The notes under the pieces were generated by a model. That model ran no database searches. It was given only the letters and a program-made list of their open reading frames with translations, and was not told where the DNA came from. Shown here in pieces: positions 1 through 12,805 of a stretch of DNA of 64,000 nucleotides. Position 1 is the first letter of the stretch. Every line of letters begins with the position of its first letter. The DNA is from the human T2T-CHM13v2.0 reference genome, Homo sapiens. The stretch is taken from NCBI RefSeq assembly GCF_009914755.1, contig NC_060929.1; one strand, written 5' to 3'. Made by a program: the position numbers and the translations under genes.

Positions 1-60
1 GTGATTAGTATTTAATAGTGTGTATAAATCACAATCTTTTTATCCATTCATTTGTTTGTT

Positions 61-316
61 TGTTATGAAACGGGGTCTCACTATGTTGCTCAGACTGGTC
101 TGGACCTCCCAAGCTCAGGTGATCCTTCCACTTTAGACTGCTGAGTAGCTGGGACCACATCTGCATGTCACCACACCTGGCTAATTTTTAATTTTTTTTT
201 TCTTTTTTTTGTAGAAACAGGGTCTCCCATATTTCCCAGATTGATCTCAAGCTCCTGGGCTCATGCAATTCTTTTTCCTCAGCCTCCCAAAGCATTGGGA
301 GCCACCATTCCTGGCC
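61..316 (-). mobile_element. Old Alu (AluJ-age) atypical dimer; right unit is FLAM_A-like
   Basis: Two Alu monomers with an A-rich linker. 16-bp TSD CATTCATTTGTTTGTT at 45-60 and 317-332. Confidence 0.8.
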
Positions 317-1741
317 CATTCATTTGTTTGTTGATGGATGCGTAGGTTGAGTTTATGTCTTGGCTATTGTGAATAAACTGCAATAAACATAGAATCTAGA
401 TATCTCTTTGACATCCTGATTCCATTTCCTCTGGACTTATACTCAACAGTGTAATTGCTAAGCATATGGTAGTTTTACTTTTTAGTATTTTAAGAAACCT
501 CCATACTATTTTTCATAATGGCTGTACTAATTTACATTTCCATCCGCAGTGAGTGTTCTCCTCTCTCCACATCCTCAGTGACACTCATTATATTTTGTCT
601 TTTTGAAAACAGTGATTCTAACAGGTGTGAAGTGATATTTCATTGCAATTTCCATTTGCATTTTCCAGATGATTAGTCATGTCGAACATTTTTCATATAT
701 ATTTTGGCCATTTTTATGTGTTATTTGGGAAAAAAATCTATTCAGTTATTTTGCACATTTTTAATAGGGTTATTTGTTTTCTTGCTATTGAGTTTGTATT
801 TTGGATATTAAGTCCTTGTCAGATGTATGTTTAAAAATATTTTCTTACATTCTGTAGGTTGTCTTTCCACTCTGTTGATTGTTTCCTTTGCTGTGCAAAA
901 GCTCTTTAATTCGATGTAATTCCATTTGTCCATTTCTGCTTTTGTTGCCTGTGCTTTTGATGTCTTATCCCAAAAAAAGTTGCCCATACCAATGTTATGA
1001 AGCACTTTCCCTCTGTTTTCTTTTAGTACTTTCATAGTTTTGAGTCTTAAGTATTTAATTCATTTTGAGCTTATTTTTGTATATGGTGAGAAACAGGGTC
1101 AAATTTAAGTCTTCTGTATGTGAATATCTAGTTTTTCCAACTTCATTTATTGAAAAATATTGTTCTTTCCCCAGTGTGTGTCCTTGGCTTGTCAAAAATC
1201 AGCCAACTGTAAATTCATGAATTTATTTCTGGGCTTTCTATTCTGTCCCCTTGCCCTATATGTTGTTTTTTTTATGACAGTGTCACGTTGCTTTGGTTAC
1301 TAGAGCCTTATAGTATGTCTTGAAATCAGGTAGTGTGGTGCCTTTAGCTTTGTTTTGTTGTTATTGTTTTTGTTCAAGATGGTTTTGGCTATTCAGGGTC
1401 TTTTATGGTTTCATATAAATTTTAGAATCTTTTTTTTCTATTTCTGTGAATAATGTCATTGGTATTTTGACAGAGATTGCATTGAATCTGTAAATTGCTT
1501 TGGGCAGTTTGGTCATTTTAACAATATGAATTCTTCTAATCCATGAACATGAGACATTTTTTCATTTATTTGTGTCTTCTTCAATTTCTTTCATCAGTGT
1601 TTTATGGTTTTTATTGTGGAAATCATGCACCTCTTTGGTTAAATCTATTCTTAGGCATTTAATATTTTGTAATTAGTATAAATGGTATTGTTTTCTTTAG
1701 TTTTTACATATTTTGCTATGAACATATAAAAACACTACTGA

Positions 1742-2036
<295 letters not shown>

Positions 2037-2214
2037 ACTACTGATTTTTGTATACTGATTTTGTATCCTGAAACTTTACTGAATTTGTTTATTAGTTCTA
2101 ACAGTTTTTTTGGAGTTGTTAAGAATTTTCTATATATAAGATCATCTTCTCTGCAGATAGGGACAATTTAACTCCCTCCTAAAAGGTATCCAATTTGGGT
2201 ACCTTTTCAATACA

Positions 2215-2885
2215 GTACAAAGGGCATGATTTCATTCTTTTTTATGGCCGTGTAGTATTCCATGGTGTGTATGTACCACATTTTCTTTATCCAGTCTGCC
2301 ACTGATGGGCACATAGGTTGATTTTATGTCTTTGGTATGGTGAACACAAGTGTGCATTTGTCTTTTTGACAGAATTATTTATTTACTTTTGTGTGTATAC
2401 CCAGTAGTGCAGTCAATGGGTCAAATGGTAGCTCTGTTTTAAATTCCTTGAGAAATTTTCAAACTGCTTTCCACAGGGGCTGAATTAATTTACATTTCCA
2501 CCTACATTGTATAACTATACCATTTTATCTGCAGCCTCACCAGCATTTGTTGTTTTGACTTTTTAATAATTGCCATTTTGACTTGTGTGAAAATTCATAT
2601 TCATTTTGATTTGCATTTCTCTGATTATTAATGATGCTGAGCATTTTTTCATGTTTGCTAGCCACTCGTATGTCTTCTTTTGAAAAGTGTCTCTTCATGC
2701 CTTTTGTCCAATTTTTAATGTGTTTATCTGTTTTTTTCTTATTAAGTTTCCTATAGAGTCTAGATGTTAGACCTTTGTTGAATGTAGTTTGCAAATATTT
2801 TCTACAATTCAGTCTGTTGTCTCTTTATTATATTGATAGTCTATCTTGCTGTGCAGAAGTCCTTTGGTTTAATTAGGTCCCAAAA
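2215..2885 (-). mobile_element. Internal fragment of a younger L1 (L1PA13-16/L1PB-like; end of ORF2) lacking a poly(A) tail
   Basis: Repeats L1 3' sequence already present at 300-930 of the host but in a different subfamily version. ORF 2537-2794 resembles the ORF2 C-terminus (KGMKRHFSKEDI). Confidence 0.7.
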
Positions 2886-3729
2886 GGCTTTTTAACTAAA
2901 AATTAATTCTCCTTGCTCATTATTAGTCTATTCAGATTTTCTATTTTTTCATAATTCGATCTCAGTGGGTTTATGTGTCCAGAAACTTACCCATTTTTTT
3001 CTAGGCTCCAATTTGTTGGTGTACAGTTGTTCAGAACAGTCTCCTATGATCCCTTGTCTTTCTGCGATATTAGTTGTAAGGTCTCTTTTTTATTTCTGAT
3101 TTTATTTATTTGAGTTTTTTTTCTTATTCTAGCTACAAATTTGTCAATTTTGTTTATCTTTTTAACATAAATTCTTTATTACATTGATATTTTGTACAGT
3201 TTTTTAGTCTCTTTTTTTTGCTCTAATCTTTATTATTTCTTTAATTTTACTAATTTTGGGCTTAGGGGTTTTTTGTGTTTGTTTTTCTAGTTCCTTGAGG
3301 TGCAATATTAGATCTTTCTACTTTTTTGGTGTAGGTGTGTGTTTATTGCTATAAACTTATTTTAAAACTCTTTTTGCTAAATCTTACAGATTTGTGTATT
3401 TTGTTTCTCCATTTTTGTCTTGATAATTTATTTTTATGTACGTCTTCAATGACCCATTAATTGTTCAGAAGCATACTGTTTAATTTCCAAGCATTTGTGA
3501 AGTTTCTAAAGTTTGTCTTGTTTTTGAGTTCTAGTTTTATATTATTGTGGTCAGAAAAGTTATGTGATATAATTTCAATCTTCTTAAGTTTGTTAAGACT
3601 TATTTTGTGGTGTAACATATAATTTACCTTGGAGAATGTTCCTTGTGCAGTTAAGAAAAATGTGAATCTTGCAGCTATCGGATAGAATGTTCTATAAATG
3701 TCTGTAAGGTTCATTTCATGTAGAGTGAT

Positions 3730-4037
3730 ATTTATTTGTTTTTTTATTTATTTGAGATAGAGTTTTGCTCTTGTTGTCCAGGCTGGAGTGCAATGGCACA
3801 ATCTCAGCTCACTGCAATCTCTGCCTCTTGGGTTAAAGTGATTCTCCTGCCTCAGCCTCCCATGTAGATGGGATTATGGGTAAGTGACACCATGCCTGGC
3901 TAAGTTTTGTATTTTTAGTAGAGATGGGTTTTCACCATGTTGGTCAGGCTGATCTCGAACTCCTGGCCTCAGGTGATCCGCCTTCCTTGGGCTCCCAGTG
4001 TGCTGCGCTTACAGGCATAAGCCACCACACCCAGCCT
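3730..4037 (-). mobile_element. AluSp/Sq
   Basis: Antisense Alu with CTCTTGTTG, CAATGGC and TTGGTCAGG diagnostics. Imperfect TSD beginning TAGAGTG on both sides. Confidence 0.9.
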
Positions 4038-6339
4038 AGAGTGCAATTTGAATCCGATGTTTGTGTTATAGTTTTCTGTCCGGATTGTCTGCCATTGCTT
4101 TAAGTGGGGTGCTGAAGTCCCCAACTATTATTGTATTTTATTCTATCTCTCCCTTTAGATCTATTTTATTACTTCTTTTATAAATTTAGGTGCTTTGAGG
4201 TTGAGTGTACATATATTTACAATTGTTATATCATCTATCTGAATTGACTCCATCATTATATAATGCTGTTCTTTATTTTTTTAGTTTTTAACTTAAAGTC
4301 TATTTTATCTGATATAAGTATAGCTACTCCTGCTGTCTTTTCATTTCCATTTGCATGAAATATCTTTTTCCATCCCTTCACTTTGAAGATATATATCCCT
4401 CTAGTTGAAGTGAGTCTCCTGCGGGTAGCCTATAGTTGAGTCTTAAAAACATCAATTCAGTCACTTTATATATTTTAATTGAAGAATTTAATTCATTTAT
4501 ATTCAAAGTCATTATTGATAGGTAAGGACTTACTACTGTTATTTTTTTATTGCTTTCTAGTCTTGTAGATCCTTTTTTCTTTTCTTTGTCCTTACTGTCT
4601 TCCTTTGTGGTTAAGTGATTTTCTCTAGTTGTATATTTTGTTTCTTTGCTTTTTGTTTTTAGTATCTCTTATAAGTTTTTAATTTGTGATTACTATGAGG
4701 CTTACAAAAAATCTTCTAGTTATAACAAATTATTTTAAACTTATAACAATTTCACTTTGATTACATTTAAAAAAACTTTGTGCTTACCTCACACACATAT
4801 TTTGAATTTTTGATGTCATAATTTACAACTTTTTATATTGCATATTCTTTAACAAATTGTTGTAGTTATCACTGTTTTAAAAAAGTTTTGTCTTTTAGTG
4901 TTCATACTAAAGATATATTTTTTTACACAATCCAATCCCAGTATTAGAATATTCTTAGTAGACTGTATACTTACTTTTACTGTGAGTTTTATATCTTTAG
5001 ATATTTTCATGTTACTTATTAGTATAATTTTCTTTTATCTTGAAGAACTCCCTGTAAAATTTCTTGTAAAACACGTCTGGTAGTGATAAATTCCCTCAGC
5101 TTTTCTTTGTTTGGGAGAGTCTTCATATCCTTTGATTCTGGATGATAGTTTTGGTTTGCTAGATATAGTATTTTTTAGCTGACAGGTATATTTCTTTTTG
5201 GTTTTCTTTCAGTACTTTTAATATATCAGCTTACTTCCTTCTGGGCTGGATGTTTCTCTGATAAGTCTGATGATAGGTATATTGGGACTCTCTTATGTTA
5301 TTGGTTTCTTTTCTGCCACTGCTTTCAGAATTTTTTTTTTTTTTTTGCCTTTAACTTTTGACAGTTTGATTATAATGTAGCCTTGGATTACATCTGTTTG
5401 GTGGCTTTTGACCTTCCTGTATCTTTCTCCAAGCTTAGAGAGTCTTCTGCCTGTATTTATTTAAATAAACTTTATTTAAATAAACTTTTTACTCCTTTGT
5501 CTTTCTCTACTCCCCTCTGAACTCCAAAGACCTCAAAACTTGCCTTTTGATGTTGTCCCACAAATCCCACAAGCTTTCTTTATTTCTTTCTATTTTTTTC
5601 TTTTTTTCCCTCTTACTAATATATATTTTCAAATAGTCTATCTTCAAGCTCACTGAGTCTTTCTTTTGCTTGTTCTGGTCTGCTGTTTATGCTCTCTATT
5701 GCATTTTTCATTTCTTTCATTGTATTTTTTAGCTCCAGAATATCTGATTAATTTCAAAAAATTATTTCAATGTATTTGTTAAATTTGTCTGCTAAATTTA
5801 TGAGTTTTAGCATATTTAGCTGTATTTTATTAAAGTTTGCTGAGCTTTCTTGAAATAGCTATTTTAAATTATTTGTCCTGTAGATTATACGTCTCCATGT
5901 CTTTAGGATCTGTCACTGGCACCTAATTTTTGCCTGTTTGATGACATTATGGTTCTCTAATTGTTCTTTATTCTTGTGTTTATTTATTAACATCTGTAGA
6001 TTAGATGTAAGTGTTTATTCCAGTCTGTGCAGCATGACTTTGGCTATGACTGTTCTTCTACAGTAAGCCTGTCCAGGAATTCCGAGTAGACTGTTGTGGT
6101 CTGTAATCCCATGGCTGCTACCACAGTTGCAGAACTAGAAAACGCCCTAAGCCTAAGGCCACCATGGCTGACATGACCCAGGTTGAAATCTCATAAGAGG
6201 CTGGCAAAGGGGTGAGTGACTGCTTCAAGAGTCTCTGAAAATGAGGTGCTTATTAGGGGCCCTGAGGAACTGGCTTCCTCTGGATCTTTGGGAGGATCCT
6301 GTTGAATCATTGGATGGGTTCCTGGGCTGGCCATTTTAC

Positions 6340-7210
6340 TCAAGTCCATAACTGCCATGGGCTGGAACTAAGATACAGAGTTGTTTCAGGTACACACCTG
6401 AGACTGAGATCTTTAGACTTGACTTCAGGTCACACACAGATGTGTCTCCCAGTGGGTTCCTGTGTGAGCAGGCTTGCTTTCAGACTGTTGTTAAGGAGAG
6501 TTGGAGCCAATTTTTAGGGCAGTTCCAAGAGTCACAACGTGATTCAAGTCAGGGCATCAGCCTGCAGAACCACTACTGAGTGTCCCTCCCTCCAAGTCTC
6601 CAGGCAAGCAGTACTGCTCTCAGTTTACAGATGAGAGAGGGCAGGATCAAGGGCTGTTTGAGGATCAACTGAGGGACAAAGGTTGACAAGCTTACCACAG
6701 GACTCAGATGGGCATGCCTCCCAGTAGGACTCTCACTGCATAGGATTGCTACCAGACCACAGCTGGGAGGGGCTGAAACTGAGACAAGGCCACCTTGGGA
6801 TGTGTTGTGGGATGGAGGCTGGCAAGACTGTCTTGATGACTCAGATGAGTGTGTCTCCCAGCAGTTCTCTGCACAGGTTGTGTAGTTTGCTGGCCATAGC
6901 GATGAGGAGCTGAAACTGAGACAGGGCCTCTTTAGGAGCTGTTGTGGAGCAGAGGCCAGAAATCCTGTCCTGGTGGCTCAAACAGGTGCATGCATGGGTA
7001 AAATTACTCCTGGGCTATGGCAGAAAGGATCTAGAGCCAAGACAGGGTCCCTTCAGGATTTGCTGTGGGACAGAGGTCAGCAAGCCTAGCCCAGTAGCTC
7101 AGACAGGCACATCTCCCTCTGGATCCTTTGTGAGTAGCATGATTCTGGGACCACAGCTGAGGGAGGCTGGAGCCACATTACAGGGTAACCCTCAGGTCCA
7201 CTGCTAACAC
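6340..7210 (-). repeat. Degenerate ~137-bp tandem monomer array within the L1 5' UTR
   Basis: GCTG(A/G)AACT(G/A)AGA recurs at 6361, 6772 and 6909. CTCA(G/A)A recurs at 6703, 6840 and 6977 (137-bp spacing) and at 7098. Confidence 0.7.
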
Positions 7211-7952
7211 CACTTTGGGAGGCAGAAGAGCCTCTCTGCAGAAATACTAGTGTGTGTGTGCTTCCTCCAAGACCACTTGACAGATGATTTTGGTTATAGG
7301 GTCAAGGCCAAGCAGGGCTGTAGCCAAGCTCTTGAGGGGCAAGGCTGTTTCTGAATTGGAACCTGAAAGCGTGACTGGAGGATCAGAAACAGGGGTGCAG
7401 ATCTGTACTCTCAAGACAACTGTCCCAGGTCTTGGGCTCTACCAGAGTTTCACAATCTACCTGATTCCAAGGACTCCCACAAGGAGACCTTTGTGGATGA
7501 GTGCGGAATTATTGTTGTTGTTGAGGGTATGAGTGGGTGACCTCCTATTTTGCCATCTTGCTGATGGCACTCGCTTAACCTTCTTTCCAAGTCAAATTTC
7601 TCATTAACTTGGGCTTGAGTGTGTTTAGGAGGATGGCAGCCCTGAAGGGGGGTTCATGCTTCTGTTCTCGTCCTCAAAATTCCTAACATATGCTATCTTC
7701 CACAAATCTTCTTTTCAATCTCCAAATGTTACAGATAAATATGTGACTATTAAATTGAGAAAACTAAAAAAAGATATGCTTTTAGTTTACTTCCCAGATA
7801 CAGAAATCTAAGTGTCAACTAATAATTTTTGACCTTATTTTTTCTTTCAGCCATGACAGAATAACTGGTATTAGATGAACTCTCCTGCCATAAAACTACA
7901 ACGCGGGACAGTTTCAAGGCATTGTACAGCAAGTGGTACAAGACCAGAATCC

Positions 7953-8050
7953 TTCATTCATATACTCATCAGTGCACTCATTCATCAATCAAGTAGGCAT
8001 TAAGCACCCATGCTACAGTGGCCATCTTGCTAGCGGAGGAAGAATAATAG
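7953..8050 (-). mobile_element. L2 3' end fragment
   Basis: TTCATTCA...CATTAAGCACC pattern typical of an antisense L2 tail. Confidence 0.45.
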
Positions 8051-8379
8051 GTGAGAATAGGAAGAACAGTAAGCCAGGCAAATGTTTGCCCTTCTTTTGA
8101 TAAGAAACTCTAAACCCTTCTGGGGATCTATGTCTCTCACACCCTGCTCATGTGGCTTATTTGACTTGAACAATCCCAAACACCCATCTTGTTTGCAGGC
8201 TTCCATCCCTGCACCAAGCTTCTATACCTGTACCAACTATTAGGAACATTGTGGCCACTCTGTGCTTCTCCACGATGTTGTTGCTGAGTAGAAGAGAGAA
8301 AAAAAACCAATGACTTATCTTGCCTTGGTTAAACTGTACTTGGAGCCACAGTAGCAGATGCTGTTGGTGCCTTAACAGT

Positions 8380-8815
8380 TTTCCTCGAGTCCTCATCCTT
8401 TCTGTACACTTGGAGGACTTTGTGCTGCAGAGAACTTTCCGGCTGAGGTCCTTCTCTGGTCTGGGAGCATGTTCTGTCTATATGAGAAGCGTGCTAGAGG
8501 TGCAAGGGAATTAATTTCCCTAGGAGCAGCCCTCAAACAATGATGAGTGGTAGTGGTTATAAAGACCTCAGCTTCCTCGAACCATGGATAGAAAACTCTA
8601 AGTGTGCTGTATGGGGTGGCCCCGAGGCCCTCATTAGGACTGAGCTTCTGTTTGTCCACAGTGTTCACCCGCCCATTAGGGCATTCTCAACTTACCCCTT
8701 CCCTACCCTGTATCACTTGCTCACACTGCCACTGTTGCTTCCTGGGATTACCTCCTAAAATATCTGCTAGCACTCAATCCCTGTCTCAGGGTTGGCTTCT
8801 GAGGGACCTACATTG
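8380..8815 (+). mobile_element. ERVL solo LTR (LTR16-like)
   Basis: 3' end TTCCTGGGATTACCTCCTAAAATATCTGCTAGCACTCAATCCCTGTCTCAGGGTTGGCTTCTG resembles the LTR16 terminus. The 5' boundary is uncertain. Confidence 0.55.
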
Positions 8816-9842
8816 GAATGGCCATTGTACTCATAGGTGTGCAATTGGGTCTCCCAGATCTCTTTGGCACTGTGGCTTCTTTTTTAGTTTGCTGTGATAT
8901 ACATTTCCTCCCTGACTCTGGCCCCTTCCCTAGCAAGCTAGAACCAGGGATAAATTCCCCAGGGACGATTTGAATAATATAGTTCCTCATTCTAAATCTG
9001 AAGACATACTTGCTTACTCCCAGCCAGTGCCTCATACCAGCCATGAGCACCACCCTGAGTGAGTCAATACACTCTGCTCCTGTATTGCCAAGGGGTATAG
9101 AAAGGGGTCCCTGCCCTCCAGCTGTTCATGGTCTCAGTCACAGACTCAAGACACCCAGCCATAAAAATCAAGCTACATTCTCTCCCATAGGCTTGTTTAT
9201 TTACATCTAATTTATAAGAGCTAAAATGAGCAAAGTCAGGTTGTCAGCACCAGCTGCTTGATCTACTGCCCAGAATCCTTTGCACACCTTTTGATAAGAA
9301 ACTCTAAACCCTGTGAAATTTGCCGTGTGGTTGCAATTGGATGTATATTTGCATACTTGTCAAGCTCAGCCCAGCAGCAAGTTGCAAGTAAACTGCAGGA
9401 GGTAGAAATGTTTTCTTTAATTTTTTCAGTATTTCTATGTATTTATTTCAGTGTTTGCAAAAGCTCTGTAATTCAGAAAAGGGCCTCTGGGTCTACATAA
9501 AATACTTAGACATCACATGTCCGATATAAGCTGAACTGGAAGCCACCCAACAGATCAAATCAGTCCCTGTGATTTTTGACAAAGCCACCTGGGAACATAG
9601 TTCTTCAGGTGTTTTCACTGCTTTGTAATCAATATGGGCATTTCTTTCATTCAAAGAGTGGAATAGTATTAATATCCAATGTAGAGAAGATGTAACAGAG
9701 AGACAGAACCTTATGTAGAATTGGGTGACCATTCTCACACATTGTTATGGTTGTGAACAGTTCTGAGTTAATTTAGGAAGAAGAAAATGAGTTTAGTATA
9801 GGCACTTATGTTTTATTTTTAAACCTCATTCGAGTTAAATTT

Positions 9843-10140
9843 TGTCTTAGTTATGGATTACTGCATAACAGACTACCCCAACATTTAGTGGCTGAAAACA
9901 ACACACACTTGTTATCTGGAAGTTTCTGTAAGTCAGGCATCGGATGCAGCTTGGCTGGGTCCTCGGCTCAGAAGACCATGTGGGCTGCAATTACAGTGTC
10001 AGCCAGGGCTGCGGTCAGCCCACAGGTCAGCTGGGACAGGCCTTGTGTCCAGCTTCCCTGCGTGGCTGCTGGAGATGACAGGACCTCGGGTCCTCAAGGG
10101 CTGTGGCCTGGAGGCCTCAGGGTCAGTCTTCAGAGAACTG
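9843..10140 (-). mobile_element. MaLR LTR (MLT1F/G/H-like)
   Basis: TGTCTTAGTT...CTGCATAACAGACTACCCCAACATTTAGTGGCTGAAAACAAC matches the MLT1 terminus. Confidence 0.7.
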
Positions 10141-10605
10141 CCTCTCTAGAATCTGTTTGCAAAAGTCCTAAACTCTGTTTCAGTAGCTGTGCAGTACACT
10201 CTCTTTTTAAATCAAATAACATTTAATCATAGGCTATTTAAAAGAAACATATTTTTGCTTTTAAAATGGAGTTCTATGGTATTATGAAGTTCTGCATCAA
10301 GCTCTCCTCTGGACAGGCTGCTGGGCGTCATGCTGGGCTCTGCATATGTGACTGAACTCAGGTCACATGGCCATTACAGCCCCCGGGGGTCATGCGCCCC
10401 AGCCTCCTTTGCCCTCTGCCAGTGTTGCCACCAAGTGTCATCATTCCACTGCTTAAAGCCCAGCTACCCCCTCTGTAAAACCAGGAGGGTTGAAATGAAG
10501 GGTTATTTGGTGCATCCCACAGCTAACAGTCCATGATCGGAAAACAAAAATGCTCTTCATTCAGTGGAATAAATGTGGCCCACGCTGATGGGATGTTTGC
10601 CCAAA

Positions 10606-10987
10606 GGGCACCAACCACGGGGTCCTACGGAGCTGGAGATGCAGGGAGGCTGAACGGCATCAACCACAGGTCCTATGGAGATGGAGATGCAGGGAGGCTG
10701 AAGTGCAACCACTGCGGGTCCTATGGAGATGGAGATGCAGGGAGGCTGAAGGGCATCAACCATGGGTCCTATGGAGATGAAGATGCAGGGAGGCTGAAGA
10801 GCACCAACCATGCGGTCCTATGGAGATGGAGATGCAGGGAGGCTGAAGGGCACTAACAATGGGATCCTATGGAACTGGAGGTGCTGGGAGGCTGATGGGC
10901 ACCAACCACAGGGTCCTATGGAGCTGGAGATGCAGAGAAGCTGAAGAGAGTCAACCGAGGGGTCCTATGGAGCTGGAGATGCAGGGA
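10606..10987. repeat. Minisatellite, ~48-49-bp unit, ~8 copies
   Basis: Recurring GGTCCTATGGAG(A/C)TGGAGATGCAGGGAGGCTGAAGGGCA(T/C)CAACCA. Confidence 0.95.
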
Positions 10988-12027
10988 AGTCGTCTTCTCA
11001 GGGGGAGAAGAGCTCTGGCTCTGCATGCTGAGCTGCTTCTTGGTTTCATACTCCTTGGTTCCAGCTCCTTGAATTTGAACCACCCCAAATCCAAACCCGG
11101 GACTGAGAACAGGAAGAGAAAATGCCCTGAGAACAGGGACCTGGAGACCAGGCCTCACACACTTGCAGGGCATCCCAGCAGAGGTGCCTCGTTGGCAGGT
11201 GGTAGGCACTTTCTGCTGTGTGCCCCTCCGTGCACTCATCATTGATGCCGCCACGACTCTCAACCCAGAGCCCCAGGCAAAGCTCCCTTTCCCTTGAACT
11301 TGTCACCAGGAGCTGCAGCTTGCTGGGAGAGGTATGCCCTCTGTTATTTTCCTACTCAACCCACACAATCTCCACACTTGCCTCTTCTGATTGAATCAGA
11401 AATCACTCTAAATCTATCATTCAATTTCAAAGCAAAATGCAATTAAATCAGCAGGCACAGAATGCTGGCGTTTTCTCTGCTTGCTGCCTCTGAAGCTGTG
11501 GCAGCTGCCCCCAGCCTGGATTTGGAAAATGCGGTTCCTTGACTGCCTGCCCCTTCTCTGTCTGTCTTTCTCTCTTAGATTATAACATATTTCAAGTTTA
11601 CAGAAAAGAAAAGAGAAATATATAAGCAATGCTTTGTATCAACAACTGGCTTTTTAAATTGTCTCATTTTTCTATGTGTGCATCAGGGTTCTGGAAGAAG
11701 TAGAGTTTCTGAAGGTTCTCTTGTCGACCTCTTTGTTCTCCTTCCCATTCTCCTCCCTCCTCCCCTTTCATGCTAAATGTGGCATTGGCCATTCCTGTAC
11801 TCACTTTAATGCTTTTTATACATATGCACTGCCAATAAACTGTATACATTGTGGCTTCACATGTTTTAAAATTGGACATGAACACACATACACCATCCTG
11901 CCATTTGCTTTGTGGCTGAATGTTATATCTTCTGACCATCAGCTCTTGATGCATACGGAGAATTTATTTTTTTTGTTTATTTCTCTGTTTACTTTGGCTC
12001 ACAATTGCTTCTTTTTTCTGTCCTTCA

Positions 12028-12410
12028 CTTTTTGTTTTGAAAAAGTTATCGATCTGCAGGAAGTTGCAAAGATAGTACAGAGAGGTCCCCTGTACCCTCA
12101 CCCAGCTTGCCCAAGGGATTACAGGCAATGTAATTATACAATGTCAAAACCAAGACTATGACAGAGTGTGAGGTGTGTAGTTCTGTGCCATTTTATCACA
12201 GATGTAGGTGTGTGCGGCCATCACATTTGAGACCTAGGACTGGGATAGCACCAACTACCCCTCTGATCGAACCCACCGTCCCCCAGCACCCCTAAATATG
12301 GGCACCACAAATCTTCCCCATCCCTATAATTTTGTAGTTTCGAGAATATTATATAAATGGAGCCATAGAGTATGCTACCTTTTGAGATTGTTTTTCTCCC
12401 AGCATGAGAC
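12028..12410 (-). mobile_element. L1MC-type 3' end fragment
   Basis: AGTTGCAAAGATAGTACAGAGAGG...TATATAAATGGAGCCATAGAGTATG resembles the L1MC 3' UTR. Confidence 0.65.
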
Positions 12411-12699
12411 CCTCAGGGTGGGACTGGATGGTGTCTCCGTGTCCCGGGCTGCATAGAGGGCCTCACAGTGAATGAAAGACACACAGACACTCTGAGGCTT
12501 GGGAAAAGCTGGCGAATGCGGCATTCATGGAATCCTGTTTGAAAAGAGTGGTAACGAAGTGGGCATTCTTCTCTATGCAGGGTGCTTGAACCTCTTCACA
12601 CTGTCCCTGGTCAGGGGCTTTAGAATGCTTGTGTGTTGACCAATCTCCCAACATACGTGCCATTCCGCTATTGCTAGCCATGAGGTCTCCACAATGAGT

Positions 12700-12805
12700 T
12701 TGCTCGGGCTGCCCCAACCAGGTAAGACAGACTGGGTGGCTTAAACAACAGGACTTTATCGTCTCACAGTTCTGGAAGCCTGAAGTTCGAGATCAGGTGT
12801 CCATA
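12700..12805 (-). mobile_element. MLT1 fragment
   Basis: AGACTGGGTGGCTTAAACAACAG...TCACAGTTCTGGAAGCCTGAAGTTCGAGATCAGGTGTC. Confidence 0.65.

Noticed and set aside
10606-10987. Tandem arrays (also 23823-23957, 38428-38537, 53486-54150) as CRISPR-like arrays
   Set aside because: The units are contiguous with no unique spacers, there are no cas genes, and the context is primate genomic DNA.
11676-12161. 161-aa hydrophobic ORF as a membrane protein
   Set aside because: It has a non-ATG start, is T-rich, overlaps decayed L1 fragments and has no recognisable domain.
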